Shown one piece after another: positions 40,291 to 50,178 of a stretch of 64,000 bases of DNA. Origin of the DNA: Negativicutes bacterium (GTDB lineage Bacteria > Bacillota > Negativicutes > UBA1444); NCBI GenBank assembly GCA_963665275.2, contig CAXXIN010000007.1, positions 256,001 through 320,000 on the forward strand. The letters run 5' to 3'. Each line of letters starts with the position of its first letter. Positions within the stretch are counted from its first letter, which is position 1. A program made the translations under genes and the position numbers. A model generated the notes under the pieces. The model saw nothing but the letters and a program-made list of their open reading frames with translations, was not told the DNA's origin and searched no databases.

Positions 40291-41523
40291 ATGATTAAGA
40301 GGTGGCAGCTGATGGACATCTGGGATCTGGTCAAACAAGGCTATAGTGCCCGCAAAATTGCAAAGTTCACGGGCCTGGCTCGAAATACCGTAGCCAAATA
40401 CCTCGAAAATGGCAAACTTCCTCAATATAAATCACGTGAGAAGCGCGCATCTAAACTTGATCCCTTCAAAGAGCTGGTGCATGATCTGCTGTTTCAACGG
40501 AAGATCCTGAACGCTGAAGTTCTGTTCCGTAAACTTCGGGAACAGGGATATACCGGTGGTCGCACGATCTTAAAGGATTATGTTCAAGATCTCCGACCAC
40601 CCAGGCAGCCCAAGGCAGTGACACGGTACGAAACGGCCCCTGGCGAACAGGCGCAGGTCGACTTCGGGGAAGTCAAGTATGAGGATAGCGGCGGGATCGC
40701 GCATCGGCTGTATTGTTTTGTAATGATCTTAAGTTACTCCCGGGATCTGTACGTTGAGTTTCTCCGTAAAGCCAATGTCCTGGGATTCCTGGCTTGCCAC
40801 GTGCGAGCTTTGCAATACTTCCAAGGTACTCCAAAGAGGATCTTGTACGATAACGCCAAAGTGGTCCGTAGCGGCACCGATGCACAGGGAAAGCCGGTCT
40901 GGCAGGCAGGGCTCTTTGATTTAGCCGCAGTCTTCGGTTTTAGTCCGTCCGTGCATACTCCCTACCATCCGGCCAGTAAAGGAAAGGTCGAATCGTCGGT
41001 CAAGTATGTGAAGGGTAACTTTTGGCCCGGTCGTGATTTTAGCGATCTGGCCGACCTCAACCGCCAGACGCTGAAGTGGTGCGGCGAAGTGGCGATGCGT
41101 ATCCACGGGACTACAGGAGAACGGCCCGTTGACCGCAAACCCGGAGAACGACTGTTGCCACTACCCAACTATTCTCTATACCGCTCGTTTTTGACGGTTC
41201 GAACCAAGGTATACCGCGATGGCTATGTAACCTATGACGGAACGCGGTATGGAGTACCGTGGGCTTTTTGCGGCCAAGAAGTGGAGATAAGGCAAAACGG
41301 GGCGTATGTGGAAATATTTCAACATGAGGAACTGGTCGCCCGCCATCATCAGGCGCTTCCCGGACAGCGTATTTGCCATTTGGCCGGACAATGGACAGGA
41401 CTAGCGGCGATTAAGGCAGCCAGACCACTCAAAGATGCCATGGCTAAACAAATTTGCGACCCGGTTGTTGCCGTCCGGTCCTTGGATGAATACCAGCTTT
41501 TTTCCGGGGGTGATTGCCTGTGA
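40291..41523 (+). CDS. istA: IS21 transposase
   Basis: HTH, RYETAPGEQAQVDF, YDNAK, KGKVES. Confidence 0.95.
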   Translation: MIKRWQLMDIWDLVKQGYSARKIAKFTGLARNTVAKYLENGKLPQYKSREKRASKLDPFKELVHDLLFQRKILNAEVLFRKLREQGYTGGRTILKDYVQDLRPPRQPKAVTRYETAPGEQAQVDFGEVKYEDSGGIAHRLYCFVMILSYSRDLYVEFLRKANVLGFLACHVRALQYFQGTPKRILYDNAKVVRSGTDAQGKPVWQAGLFDLAAVFGFSPSVHTPYHPASKGKVESSVKYVKGNFWPGRDFSDLADLNRQTLKWCGEVAMRIHGTTGERPVDRKPGERLLPLPNYSLYRSFLTVRTKVYRDGYVTYDGTRYGVPWAFCGQEVEIRQNGAYVEIFQHEELVARHHQALPGQRICHLAGQWTGLAAIKAARPLKDAMAKQICDPVVAVRSLDEYQLFSGGDCL

Positions 41524-42308
41524 CCCCCTCCGACATGAAAGAGACGCTGATCCAGCTTGGCCTGCCAGCGGCGGCGCAGGTGCTGGAACAAATACAGGCA
41601 CGCGCGGTTGCCGGACAGATTACATATGCTGAATTTCTTGCCGATGTACTCCAGACTGAGCAAGCAGATCGGCGGACGCGCTATCTGGATACTCGGACGA
41701 AACTAGCAAATCTCCCATTTCATAAGCGGCTCGAGGATTTTGATTTTAGTATTCAGCCAACCATTGATGAACGACAGATTCAAGAACTGGCCTCGCTCTC
41801 CTTCATACCGGAAACCTCCAACATCTTTTTGTTAGGGCCACCCGGCGTCGGGAAGAGCCATTTGGCGGTTTCACTCGGGTTGCTTGCGATTGAACAAGGG
41901 TACTCGGTCTATTTTACGACTGCCGGGAAATTGGTGCAGGAATTGATGACCGGTTACCAGGAAGATCGCCTCCGGCGGCGTATGCGCAGGTATTTGAGTC
42001 CGAAGGTCCTGATTATTGACGAGATGGGTTACCAACCCTTCCCGCCAACCGCAGCGAATCTTTTCTTCCAGTTGGTTAGTGCCCGTTACGAACGCAGCAG
42101 CATCATCATGACCTCAAACAAGGCCTTTGGTGCTTGGGGAGAGGTTTTGGGTGACCCGATTGTGACATCCGCTGTTCTTGATCGAATATTGCATCATGCC
42201 TATGTTGTCAACATCCGAGGGGAAAGCTACCGAATGAGGGAGCGAAAAGCAGCCGGAATGTACCAATCTCCTCCGATAAAGACTCAGCAACTTGAAGACA
42301 AAAGATAA
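41514..42308 (+). CDS. istB: IS21 helper ATPase
   Basis: GPPGVGKS, IIDEMGY, LDRILHH, GESYR. Confidence 0.95.
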   Translation: MPVTPSDMKETLIQLGLPAAAQVLEQIQARAVAGQITYAEFLADVLQTEQADRRTRYLDTRTKLANLPFHKRLEDFDFSIQPTIDERQIQELASLSFIPETSNIFLLGPPGVGKSHLAVSLGLLAIEQGYSVYFTTAGKLVQELMTGYQEDRLRRRMRRYLSPKVLIIDEMGYQPFPPTAANLFFQLVSARYERSSIIMTSNKAFGAWGEVLGDPIVTSAVLDRILHHAYVVNIRGESYRMRERKAAGMYQSPPIKTQQLEDKR

Positions 42309-42506
42309 GGTACTGGCTCAATTTTCAAACGGCGAAAGTGGCTCAATTTTAAACCGGCCTTGACATCCAATTAATCTAGTATCCGCTCGATAGCCAAATC
42401 GATGTCAACGGCAATGATAAAATGCAAAAAAGTGGCGATTAAAAAATGCATGAAAAAGGGGATGAGAAAAGCCTTCCGAGAAAAATCTCGGAAGGCTTAA
42501 TTTCAT

Positions 42507-42582
42507 TGGCGTCCCAGGTAGGAATCGAACCTACGACCAACGGATTAGAAGTCCGTTGCTCTATCCCCTGAGCTACTGGGAC
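42507..42582 (-). tRNA. tRNA-Arg(UCU)
   Basis: Cloverleaf, anticodon loop CTTCTAA, CCA. Confidence 0.97.
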
Positions 42583-42612
42583 ACTGGGCACCGCTTGTCC
42601 AGACAAAAAATA

Positions 42613-42686
42613 TGGAGCGGGTGAAGGGAATCGAACCCTCGTGATCAGCTTGGAAGGCTGACACTCTACCATTGAGTTACACCCGC
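42613..42686 (-). tRNA. tRNA-Gly(UCC)
   Basis: Cloverleaf, anticodon loop CTTCCAA, CCA. Confidence 0.97.
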
Positions 42687-42696
42687 ACCTGATGTA

Positions 42697-42773
42697 TGGT
42701 CGGAGCGGCAGGATTCGAACCTGCGACCCCCTGCTCCCAAGGCAGGTGCTCTACCAAGCTGAGCCACGCCCCG
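42697..42773 (-). tRNA. tRNA-Pro(UGG)
   Basis: Cloverleaf, anticodon loop CTTGGGA, CCA. Confidence 0.97.
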
Positions 42774-42787
42774 TCGATGCGAGGTTT

Positions 42788-42817
42788 ATTGTACTACAGA
42801 ATGTTTTCAAATGTCAA
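42788..42817 (-). promoter_or_regulatory. Sigma-70/A promoter of the tRNA operon
   Basis: TTGACA-18-TACAAT. Confidence 0.7.
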
Positions 42818-42822
42818 GCGCT

Positions 42823-44052
42823 TTATCGGCCGATACGAGCCGCAGCTCGCTCCCGAATGATTTCCGGGTCGATTTTTACACGAGCCACATCCGTTTCGAT
42901 CGCTACTTTCGCCACCGCTGCTGCAACAGCAGGTGCAACTCGGGGGTCGAACGCATCCACTACGACAAAATCATCCCGCAGATCTTTTTCCGGCAGCAGT
43001 TCGGCGATGGCATAGGCGGCGGCCAGCTTCATACCCTCCGTGATCCGGCGAGCCCGCACATCGAGAGCACCCCTGAACATACCAGGGAAAACGGTCACGT
43101 TGTTGGCCTGATTCGGCGCATCTGAACGCCCGGTCCCGACGACGCGGGCCCCAGCTTCCTTCGCTTCGGGGTACATGATTTCCGGCACCGGATTGGCCAT
43201 GCCCAGAACGATCGAATCCTTGGCCATTGTGCTGACGATTTCTTTGGTAAACAGGCCGGGCCCTGACGCACCGATCAAAACATCGGCGCCTTTAGCCAGG
43301 TCGACTAGGTTCCCTGTGAGTTTTCCCAGGTTGGTCGTCTTTGCCAATTGACTCTGAATGCGGTTCAAGTTCGGCATTCCATCATATAACGCACCCTGAA
43401 TATCTACCATGATCAGGTTTTTTGCCCCGGCACTGACCAGCAGCCGGCCGATAGCCGAGCCAGCCGCGCCAGCGCCGTTCATGATGATGCGTGCGGTAGC
43501 CAGATCCTTCTGGACCAGCCGCAATCCGCCAATCAATGTAGCCAGAGCCGCAATGGCCGTTCCGTGCTGATCATCATGAAATACCGGAATGTTCATCTGC
43601 TGAATCAGAGCATCTTCAATATCATAGCATTTGGGCGAAGAGATATCCTCCAAGTTGATGCCGCCGAAGGTCGGTTCGAGCCGTTTCACCATTTCAATAA
43701 ACTTATCCGGGTCTTTGGCATCGAGACAAATAGGAATCGCATCGACATCGCCGAACGTTTTGAACAATAAGGCTTTGCCTTCCATAACCGGCATGGCCGC
43801 GACCGGGCCGATGTCCCCCAGACCGAGGACACGTGTCCCGTCAGTCACAATGCCAACCATATTGCCCCTGCAAGTGAGTTCGAAAGAGAGGTCGGGATTC
43901 GCCTTGATGTCTTTGCAAGGCTCCGCTACACCCGGTGTATAAACTATGCTGAGGTCTTCCCTGGTAGCAAGCCTTGTCTTGGATCGGATCTCCAACAATC
44001 CCTGGTGCTTCCGTCGCAGTTTTAATGCTTCTTCGCGGATATCCATCTTCAT
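42823..44052 (-). CDS. NAD(P)-dependent malic enzyme
   Basis: YTPGVA, VMEGKA, INLEDI, FHDDQHGT, GAGAAG, MANPVPE. Confidence 0.94.
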   Translation of the reverse strand: MKMDIREEALKLRRKHQGLLEIRSKTRLATREDLSIVYTPGVAEPCKDIKANPDLSFELTCRGNMVGIVTDGTRVLGLGDIGPVAAMPVMEGKALLFKTFGDVDAIPICLDAKDPDKFIEMVKRLEPTFGGINLEDISSPKCYDIEDALIQQMNIPVFHDDQHGTAIAALATLIGGLRLVQKDLATARIIMNGAGAAGSAIGRLLVSAGAKNLIMVDIQGALYDGMPNLNRIQSQLAKTTNLGKLTGNLVDLAKGADVLIGASGPGLFTKEIVSTMAKDSIVLGMANPVPEIMYPEAKEAGARVVGTGRSDAPNQANNVTVFPGMFRGALDVRARRITEGMKLAAAYAIAELLPEKDLRDDFVVVDAFDPRVAPAVAAAVAKVAIETDVARVKIDPEIIRERAAARIGR

Positions 44053-44139
44053 CCCTCAGCTCTCGTCTTATTCGTCAGGCCAAGTCAAAGTTTCGCCTAA
44101 CGTTTAATTAATAAATTCTACATGAAGATAACATTTCCT

Positions 44140-44631
44140 TTAGATTATGGTAATAAGATGAGGAAGAATTCCTTCCCGCCCATCCTTTAACTCTATTACT
44201 CCGAAGGTTCGGTTTTTGCCGCGTCTCGGCATAGCGGCGCTGCCTGGGTTGATCAGCAACAGATTCGATTCCGTGATGATGCCAGGTTGGTGCGTATGTC
44301 CATAGACAACGATATCTGATTCATATTGGCGCGCCCAGTCCCTCAGTTCATCCAGATTTTGCTTCACGCCAAAGTGGTGGCCATGTGTCAGCCAGATGCG
44401 ATAGCCTGCCAATTCAATAAATTCATCCGGCTTCGCCTCACCCCTGCCGTCACAGTTGCCAGCCACTGATATTACTGGAATACCGGTGAGGGCAGTGAGC
44501 GAGCGCGCATCCCGGCAAAAATCTCCGGTATGCAGCCACAAATCGACCGGCTCCGTAAGAGCCACAGCCTGCCTGATGGAATGAATATCGCCATGAGTAT
44601 CGCCTATTATACCAACGAGCATTTCGGTCAA
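44140..44631 (-). CDS. Metallophosphoesterase, YsnB/YfcE family
   Basis: DTH, GD, GNCD, THGH, GHTH, NPGS. Confidence 0.92.
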   Translation of the reverse strand: MTEMLVGIIGDTHGDIHSIRQAVALTEPVDLWLHTGDFCRDARSLTALTGIPVISVAGNCDGRGEAKPDEFIELAGYRIWLTHGHHFGVKQNLDELRDWARQYESDIVVYGHTHQPGIITESNLLLINPGSAAMPRRGKNRTFGVIELKDGREGILPHLITII

Positions 44632-44633
44632 TC

Positions 44634-45227
44634 CTACCTATTTTCCTGCAGCAGTCGCCGTTTAAAAGCTTTGAGAGCATTTCCCCGGTGACTGATCCGG
44701 TTCTTTTCTTCGACAGTCATTTCAGCCAACGTCTTCTCATGATCAGGCATGAAAAACAAGGGGTCATATCCGAATCCGCCGGTCCCTCTCGCTTCAGCAA
44801 GGATCATGCCTTCACAGGCCCCTTCCGTCAGCAGCAAGCTGCCGTCCGGACCGGCAAGGGCCAGCACGCTTCGAAATCGTGCAGTTCTCTTCGCAGGCGG
44901 AACCTGTTGCAGCGCCTTCAATAGTTTTTGATTATTATCGGCATCGGATGCCCCTTCTCCGGCATAGCGGGCGGAATATACCCCCGGCTCGCCGCCGAGC
45001 GCATCCACTTCCAGCCCGGAATCGTCTGCCAGGCAGTACTCTCCGGTGCTTTGACAATACTGGCGGGCTTTGAGTATTGCATTTTCCTGGAAGGTCACGC
45101 CCGTCTCCTCAACATCCGGAATTCCATCATCCGGTAGGCCCACAACCTCAAACAGGCAATCTGCCAATGCCCTCTGAATCTCGCGGATTTTGCCGGCATT
45201 CCGGGTGCCGACGACGATTTTGTTCAT
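44634..45227 (-). CDS. rdgB: XTP/dITP diphosphatase
   Basis: TRNAGK, ADDSGL, PGVYSARY, GFGYDP, SHRG. Confidence 0.95.
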   Translation of the reverse strand: MNKIVVGTRNAGKIREIQRALADCLFEVVGLPDDGIPDVEETGVTFQENAILKARQYCQSTGEYCLADDSGLEVDALGGEPGVYSARYAGEGASDADNNQKLLKALQQVPPAKRTARFRSVLALAGPDGSLLLTEGACEGMILAEARGTGGFGYDPLFFMPDHEKTLAEMTVEEKNRISHRGNALKAFKRRLLQENR

Positions 45228-45229
45228 TT

Positions 45230-45967
45230 TTATTTTCCCACCCGCTGTGCCAACGGCCCCAGCGCATCCCGCTGCATTTGCATCAGTCGCCCGATTCCCA
45301 GTTCTCCGAGCCGCAGCAGTTCGGTGAGTTCCTGTTTGTTGAACGGCGCCTTTTCACCAGTTCCCTGCACTTCGACGAAACTCCCCGCACCGGTCATCAC
45401 GAGGTTCATATCGACGATGGCCGACGAATCTTCGACATAGCAAAGATCCAATGCAGGCCCCTCAGGCAATACGCCGACACTTACCGCCGCCAAAAAATCC
45501 CGGACCGGGAAAGGCTTCGTCTCATCGAAACCCATTTTCACCAACGCATCGACCAGGGCGACAAAAGCGCCGGTTATTGAAGCAGTCCGTGTGCCGCCAT
45601 CCGCCTGGATCACATCACAGTCAATCCAGATCGTGCGTTCCCCCAACGCTTTCATATCGACGACGCTGCGCAGTGAGCGGCCGATCAGTCGCTGGATTTC
45701 ATGGGTCCGCCCCGTCAGTTTGCCCTTGACAGCTTCCCGTTGGTTCCGTGTGCCTGTCGAACGAGGCAATAGCGAGTATTCAGCCGTGATCCAGCCGCTG
45801 CCGCTTCCCTTGAGAAAAGGAGGCACCTTCTCCTCAACGCTGGCGCTGCACAATACACGAGTGTCCCCCACTTCGATCATCACCGATCCTTCGGCAAACT
45901 TCAGGTAATTTCGCATCATCGTCACCGGGCGCAGATCGTCATAGGCCCGTCCATCCACTCTGTTCAT
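45230..45967 (-). CDS. rph: Ribonuclease PH
   Basis: [31 protein letters not shown]. Confidence 0.97.
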   Translation of the reverse strand: MNRVDGRAYDDLRPVTMMRNYLKFAEGSVMIEVGDTRVLCSASVEEKVPPFLKGSGSGWITAEYSLLPRSTGTRNQREAVKGKLTGRTHEIQRLIGRSLRSVVDMKALGERTIWIDCDVIQADGGTRTASITGAFVALVDALVKMGFDETKPFPVRDFLAAVSVGVLPEGPALDLCYVEDSSAIVDMNLVMTGAGSFVEVQGTGEKAPFNKQELTELLRLGELGIGRLMQMQRDALGPLAQRVGK

Positions 45968-45985
45968 AAATAATTTTCCACCTTT

Positions 45986-46750
45986 CTATCCATTTTGCGG
46001 CTGCATATTAACAGCACAACCAATCGCCCCATTCAGTTGAGGATACCGAGGCACGACCAGACATCCGCCAATCTCCTCCCGAACCCAGTGAGCTACCGCC
46101 TCTCCGATGGCGACACCTCCAGTGAAAACAATGGTATCGCTTGCCAGAGATACCAACATCGGCTTGATACGACGGAAAATGGAATAGTTCACACCAGCAG
46201 CCAGTTCCGGCAGAGGAGCCCCTTCCACGATCCTGCCGATCAATTCGGATTCGCCGAAAATGGCGCAGGTCGCGGACAGCTCCACGGGATTCTCATAATA
46301 GCCGCTGAGTTCATCCAGTGAGATACCCAGGACCGCGGCCATATTTTCCAGATAGCGCCCCGTACTTGCCGCACATTTATCGTTCAGCAGGAAATCATCC
46401 ATCCGACCGTTTCTCACGCGAATTACCTTGCTGTCCTGCCCGCCGAGATCAAGCAGCGTAAAATCCTTCAGCCCGGTTTGCCATACGGCGCCGAGCATAT
46501 GCGCCTTCAATTCGGAAATAATCGTTGCCCCCGCGATATTCAGAGAGTTGCGGCCATAACCGGTCACGGTAACGGCTGTAGGCGCCTCCGACAACAATCC
46601 CGCAAAATCGACCGTGAACCCAGCCTTGGTATAAACGCCGCATTTTTTGTAAAAATGGGCAGTTTCGACTATTTTTTCTTCCCGCAGCTCCCCGCCGTCA
46701 AACAAAACCAGCTTAACAGCGCGACTGCCGAGGTCCATCCCACAGAGCAC
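45986..46750 (-). CDS. 2-hydroxyacyl-CoA dehydratase activase (ASKHA, HgdC-like)
   Basis: GMDLGS, TGYGR, DLGGQDSK, NDKCAA, CAIFGES. Confidence 0.9.
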   Translation of the reverse strand: MLCGMDLGSRAVKLVLFDGGELREEKIVETAHFYKKCGVYTKAGFTVDFAGLLSEAPTAVTVTGYGRNSLNIAGATIISELKAHMLGAVWQTGLKDFTLLDLGGQDSKVIRVRNGRMDDFLLNDKCAASTGRYLENMAAVLGISLDELSGYYENPVELSATCAIFGESELIGRIVEGAPLPELAAGVNYSIFRRIKPMLVSLASDTIVFTGGVAIGEAVAHWVREEIGGCLVVPRYPQLNGAIGCAVNMQPQNG

Positions 46751-46760
46751 GAGTCATCCC

Positions 46761-47738
46761 TCACTTCAACATTTCAATAAATCCATCGACTCGCAGGCGT
46801 GTCCGCGCATCCATACAACCGGGTTTATCCCCTTCAATCGTCAGGATGGGAACCTTGAGCTTTTTCCGTACAATGATATCCTCGATCTGTCGGTAGCAAA
46901 AGCTCTGCACGTAATGAATCACACCATCCAGCTGCCGTCGCTCGATTTCGGCCTGGATATCGTCGAGTCGGCCAAAGATTCCGTACGGATAAGTGTACCG
47001 CCGATACTGCTCAATGATATCCGGCTCATCGTACGGCATGGCGAACTGTCGCTGGACCTCGTTGAACACCACACGCGCATCCATGGATTCGACATAGGAG
47101 TATAGGTCTGTAAAAATCGGCGGCACCCCGATGTACCCCAGACGCAGTCCTTCCCGCCTGACCGGGGCCTGCGCAGCCTGTTCCAGAAACGAGTCCACCT
47201 CTGCTTCAAATCGGGTTACGTCGCTGTTGAAATCGCTGCAGCTGACCTGGAACAAATGGTTGTCTGTTCCACTCACCCTGTTTTCCTGCCAGGTCAGGCG
47301 GTCGATTTCAGCGACCTTGCGGCGCAGTCGGTCCACATCCGCTTTGACGGCCATGACCCGATCCCAGTCGGTTCCCATTGCTTCCAGCATTTTATTCATC
47401 TGCAGGCGCAGCAGGTCCACATCACGATCAAACGGATAGGCGAAAGGGATCACGCGGACACCCGCCATCTGCCAGGTTTCCATCAATGCATGCGTGTTGC
47501 TGCAGTCTCCCTGGGTCACGGCAATCACCGCATCCACGCAGTCTGAACCGACGACCGTAGAATACAGGCCTTTGATCCAGCCGCAAATGTTGCGGGGATA
47601 GCCTGCGTCTTCCGCCGCTTCTACCCTTCGGGCCGGTTCCGCACCCGTTATGAATACATTATTCAGGTCAACTGGGACATGCCCTGCCGCCAGGATGACC
47701 TCCACAGGCACTGTTGTTGTCATGCCGATCCGAGCCAA
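46761..47738 (-). CDS. 2-hydroxyacyl-CoA dehydratase family protein
   Basis: ICGWIKG, GDCSN, QSFC, IEGD, TRLRVDGFIEML. Confidence 0.85.
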   Translation of the reverse strand: MARIGMTTTVPVEVILAAGHVPVDLNNVFITGAEPARRVEAAEDAGYPRNICGWIKGLYSTVVGSDCVDAVIAVTQGDCSNTHALMETWQMAGVRVIPFAYPFDRDVDLLRLQMNKMLEAMGTDWDRVMAVKADVDRLRRKVAEIDRLTWQENRVSGTDNHLFQVSCSDFNSDVTRFEAEVDSFLEQAAQAPVRREGLRLGYIGVPPIFTDLYSYVESMDARVVFNEVQRQFAMPYDEPDIIEQYRRYTYPYGIFGRLDDIQAEIERRQLDGVIHYVQSFCYRQIEDIIVRKKLKVPILTIEGDKPGCMDARTRLRVDGFIEMLK

Positions 47739-47807
47739 ACCATTCGCCCCCTCTGGTATCCAATTATACTATGCTTTGCCATAAATAAAAAAAGAGGATA
47801 GCCGGCG

Positions 47808-48479
47808 CTATCCTCGGGCTGCGGCAGCTGCCGCATAATTTTTGATGATAACGATCGGGGTCTGCTGGTTCGCATTGCCGAAAGGATTATCGATGAGGAT
47901 CCGAGCCAGTTCCTTGGGGTCCAGCCCCTGGGAAACTCCGAGCACCGCCGCGCGCTTCAGGTCGTTGACATCTGCCACGGCAGCTCCGTAGCAACCCAAC
48001 CGCTCCCGTATCGCTTCAGCTACCTTGGACGGTTCTTTCGGTCCGAAAACCAGAACCTTGTCAAACGGCGGCATCGTGCCGGTTACATCATCAATCAGCG
48101 CCGCCTGTTCTCCCGCCATCATGTAAAAAACCCCCGCTTTGCCGAAAACCTTTGCAATACCGCCAGCCAAAAACGCCATGACCACCCGCAGGGTTCCCCC
48201 CTCATCCATCGTCGCCTGCATCCCGCAAGGGCTCGAACAGCTCGAATCTCGATGGACAAAACGGCTCAATACGATTGCCAGCGTGCTGGGGTCCATATCC
48301 TCCGGCCTCCGGTAACGCCCCTGGGTAATAGCCAGAACGCTTTCCGCGACGGAAACCACATCATCCGGCCCCATCTGGGGGCCCGCATATTTCTCTATCA
48401 CATCCACAATATCGTCCCGTTTGGTAACAATATGGGTTTTAACCGGTATCAGTTCCACTTTCCCTTGTTCCACTGCCAT
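47808..48479 (-). CDS. F420-0:gamma-glutamyl ligase (CofE)-like protein
   Basis: PVKTH, VAES.LAITQGR, IDDVTG, ADVND, DNPFGNA.QQTPIV. Confidence 0.75.
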   Translation of the reverse strand: MAVEQGKVELIPVKTHIVTKRDDIVDVIEKYAGPQMGPDDVVSVAESVLAITQGRYRRPEDMDPSTLAIVLSRFVHRDSSCSSPCGMQATMDEGGTLRVVMAFLAGGIAKVFGKAGVFYMMAGEQAALIDDVTGTMPPFDKVLVFGPKEPSKVAEAIRERLGCYGAAVADVNDLKRAAVLGVSQGLDPKELARILIDNPFGNANQQTPIVIIKNYAAAAAARG

Positions 48480-48484
48480 GCCTC

Positions 48485-49030
48485 CTACTTCTGCCCCCCG
48501 GCGGTTTTGATCGCGCTCTGGAATTCCTCTATTGGAAGGTCAACCATCACCTTCGTAATATACCAGTCGGAACGGCCCACTACCTGATAAATAACATTGA
48601 GCGGCAAATCCACCATCTGCTCCATCGCCTGGCGGATATCACCGCCGCGGGCATCGAATCGCAGCGTGATCAGCGCCACATCGTTGTCAATCTTGTCCAT
48701 TGGGAATAATGCCGACTCCCAGTACCCATCATTACGGGGGCAGGAGACAGCCGTAACCCGGGTCGTCAGTTCGGCCGCCGAAAACTGTTCACAGGGCAGC
48801 CAAGGCCGCGCCAATACATCCATGAGAGTCCCCTGTTGAGATCCCCGGTTGCGAAAAGGCAACTTGAAGGAAAATTCCATTTGATCGGCGGTTTCCGATT
48901 CCAAAACCAATTTGGACCGATTCGCCACATCAAAGACAAAATCAGCATCCCCTTGTTTCCAGATAAACAATGCTACAGCCAGTATCACTAGTCCCACAAA
49001 TGCCAAACCGTATCCCAAAATCACCAGCAC
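48485..49030 (-). CDS. Conserved hypothetical protein with N-terminal membrane anchor
   Basis: Single TM segment then a beta-rich domain; tightly coupled to neighbours. Confidence 0.75.
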   Translation of the reverse strand: MLVILGYGLAFVGLVILAVALFIWKQGDADFVFDVANRSKLVLESETADQMEFSFKLPFRNRGSQQGTLMDVLARPWLPCEQFSAAELTTRVTAVSCPRNDGYWESALFPMDKIDNDVALITLRFDARGGDIRQAMEQMVDLPLNVIYQVVGRSDWYITKVMVDLPIEEFQSAIKTAGGQK

Positions 49031-49452
49031 TATGCCACTCCCCCATTTTCAGCTTGCCGCGCAGCGCTAATCCTATCATAGTAAATCTGCGGCAACCGGA
49101 TAATCCGGCCTTTCTCATCAGTGAATACATTCTGTGTCGATCCCTCTGCGAGCAATACGTCATCTTCGTCTCGCAGTACACGGTACGAGAAGCACAACTT
49201 GGCCCGGGAAAAATCAGCCAGCGTCGCTTCGATGCGGATCGTCTCGTCAAAATGAGCCGATTGTCGATATTTGCACTGAACATCGGTTATAGGAAACAAT
49301 ACGCCGTCCGCTATCAAATCCGGCAACAACACATTGGCTCTGCGCAGATATTCTACGCGGGCCATCTCAAACCAGCACAGATAATTGGAGTGATGAACTA
49401 CTCCCATCATGTCTGTCTCGACGAAACGGACTCTGTCCCGAACCACAATCAT
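49030..49452 (-). CDS. Acyl-CoA thioesterase, YbgC/4HBT family
   Basis: RVRFVETDMMGVVHHSNYL.WFE.AR. Confidence 0.92.
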   Translation of the reverse strand: MIVVRDRVRFVETDMMGVVHHSNYLCWFEMARVEYLRRANVLLPDLIADGVLFPITDVQCKYRQSAHFDETIRIEATLADFSRAKLCFSYRVLRDEDDVLLAEGSTQNVFTDEKGRIIRLPQIYYDRISAARQAENGGVA

Positions 49453-49456
49453 CGCT

Positions 49457-49888
49457 TCACCCCTTTTGTCCTTTAGGTCCGGCAGCGATTTCCAGGATCC
49501 GGGCGGCGGCTTCTCGAATATTACTCACGAGAGGCCTGTTCTCCATGCCGACGATTTCGAAATGCCCTTGGCTAACCGGCACCAACACTTTCCGAGCATT
49601 GGAAGAGGCAATCGCGTCCGCCATGCGAGGCGTGATTTCACCCATTAACGCATTGGGCATAACGATCCCGATCGGTCCGGCGATGACATCGGCGCTGCCG
49701 GCCATCACGCAGACGGAGTTTTCTCCCGTGGCGCCTCGCGAAGCTCCGGCTTTTATCATCGCCTGGGTTGCCCAGGCGTTGGTACCGACGCATACAATTT
49801 CAGTTCCGACGCCCAGCTGGCTGGTTAGTTGCGACACCAGCTGGGCGCCGATGCCTCCACCCATACCGTCAATCACGACGATCAGCAT
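49457..49888 (-). CDS. DUF3842 family protein
   Basis: VIDGMGGGIG, GTNA.AT.AM.KAGA..GATGEN, GEITP. Confidence 0.8.
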   Translation of the reverse strand: MLIVVIDGMGGGIGAQLVSQLTSQLGVGTEIVCVGTNAWATQAMIKAGASRGATGENSVCVMAGSADVIAGPIGIVMPNALMGEITPRMADAIASSNARKVLVPVSQGHFEIVGMENRPLVSNIREAAARILEIAAGPKGQKG

Positions 49889-49965
49889 GTCCGTCACCCC
49901 CTGTCCCATAGGCAAATCACCTGCAATGTAAAAAAAGCACGCTTCCGCATGCACTTAATGACTTT

Positions 49966-50040
49966 TGGTGCGCCCGGCTGGAATCGAACCAGCGCTCCCG
50001 GCTCCGGAGGCCGGTGCTCTATCCCCTGAGCTACGGGCGC
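49966..50040 (-). tRNA. tRNA-Arg(CCG)
   Basis: Cloverleaf, anticodon loop CTCCGGA, CCA. Confidence 0.97.
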
Positions 50041-50178
50041 AATCAATAATGTTGTCTATTGCCGGAATTGATTATAGCATAGGAAATCCGGCCTGTCCAT
50101 CATCGAGGTTAAATCCGTAAAAAAATAACAACATCATGCTATAATATTACGCAGTAAGGTTTCGGAGGTTTTTTTACA

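Larger units (their letters stand above)
40196..42365 (+). mobile_element. IS21 family element
   Basis: TGTCA..TGACA ends with repeated AAAATGAGCCA motifs; TCCA target duplication at 40192-40195 and 42366-42369. Confidence 0.93.
31940..42553. mobile_element. Genomic island integrated at tRNA-Arg(UCU), integrase absent
   Basis: Flanking direct repeat of the tRNA 3' half ending in the anticodon arm; IS content. Confidence 0.75.
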
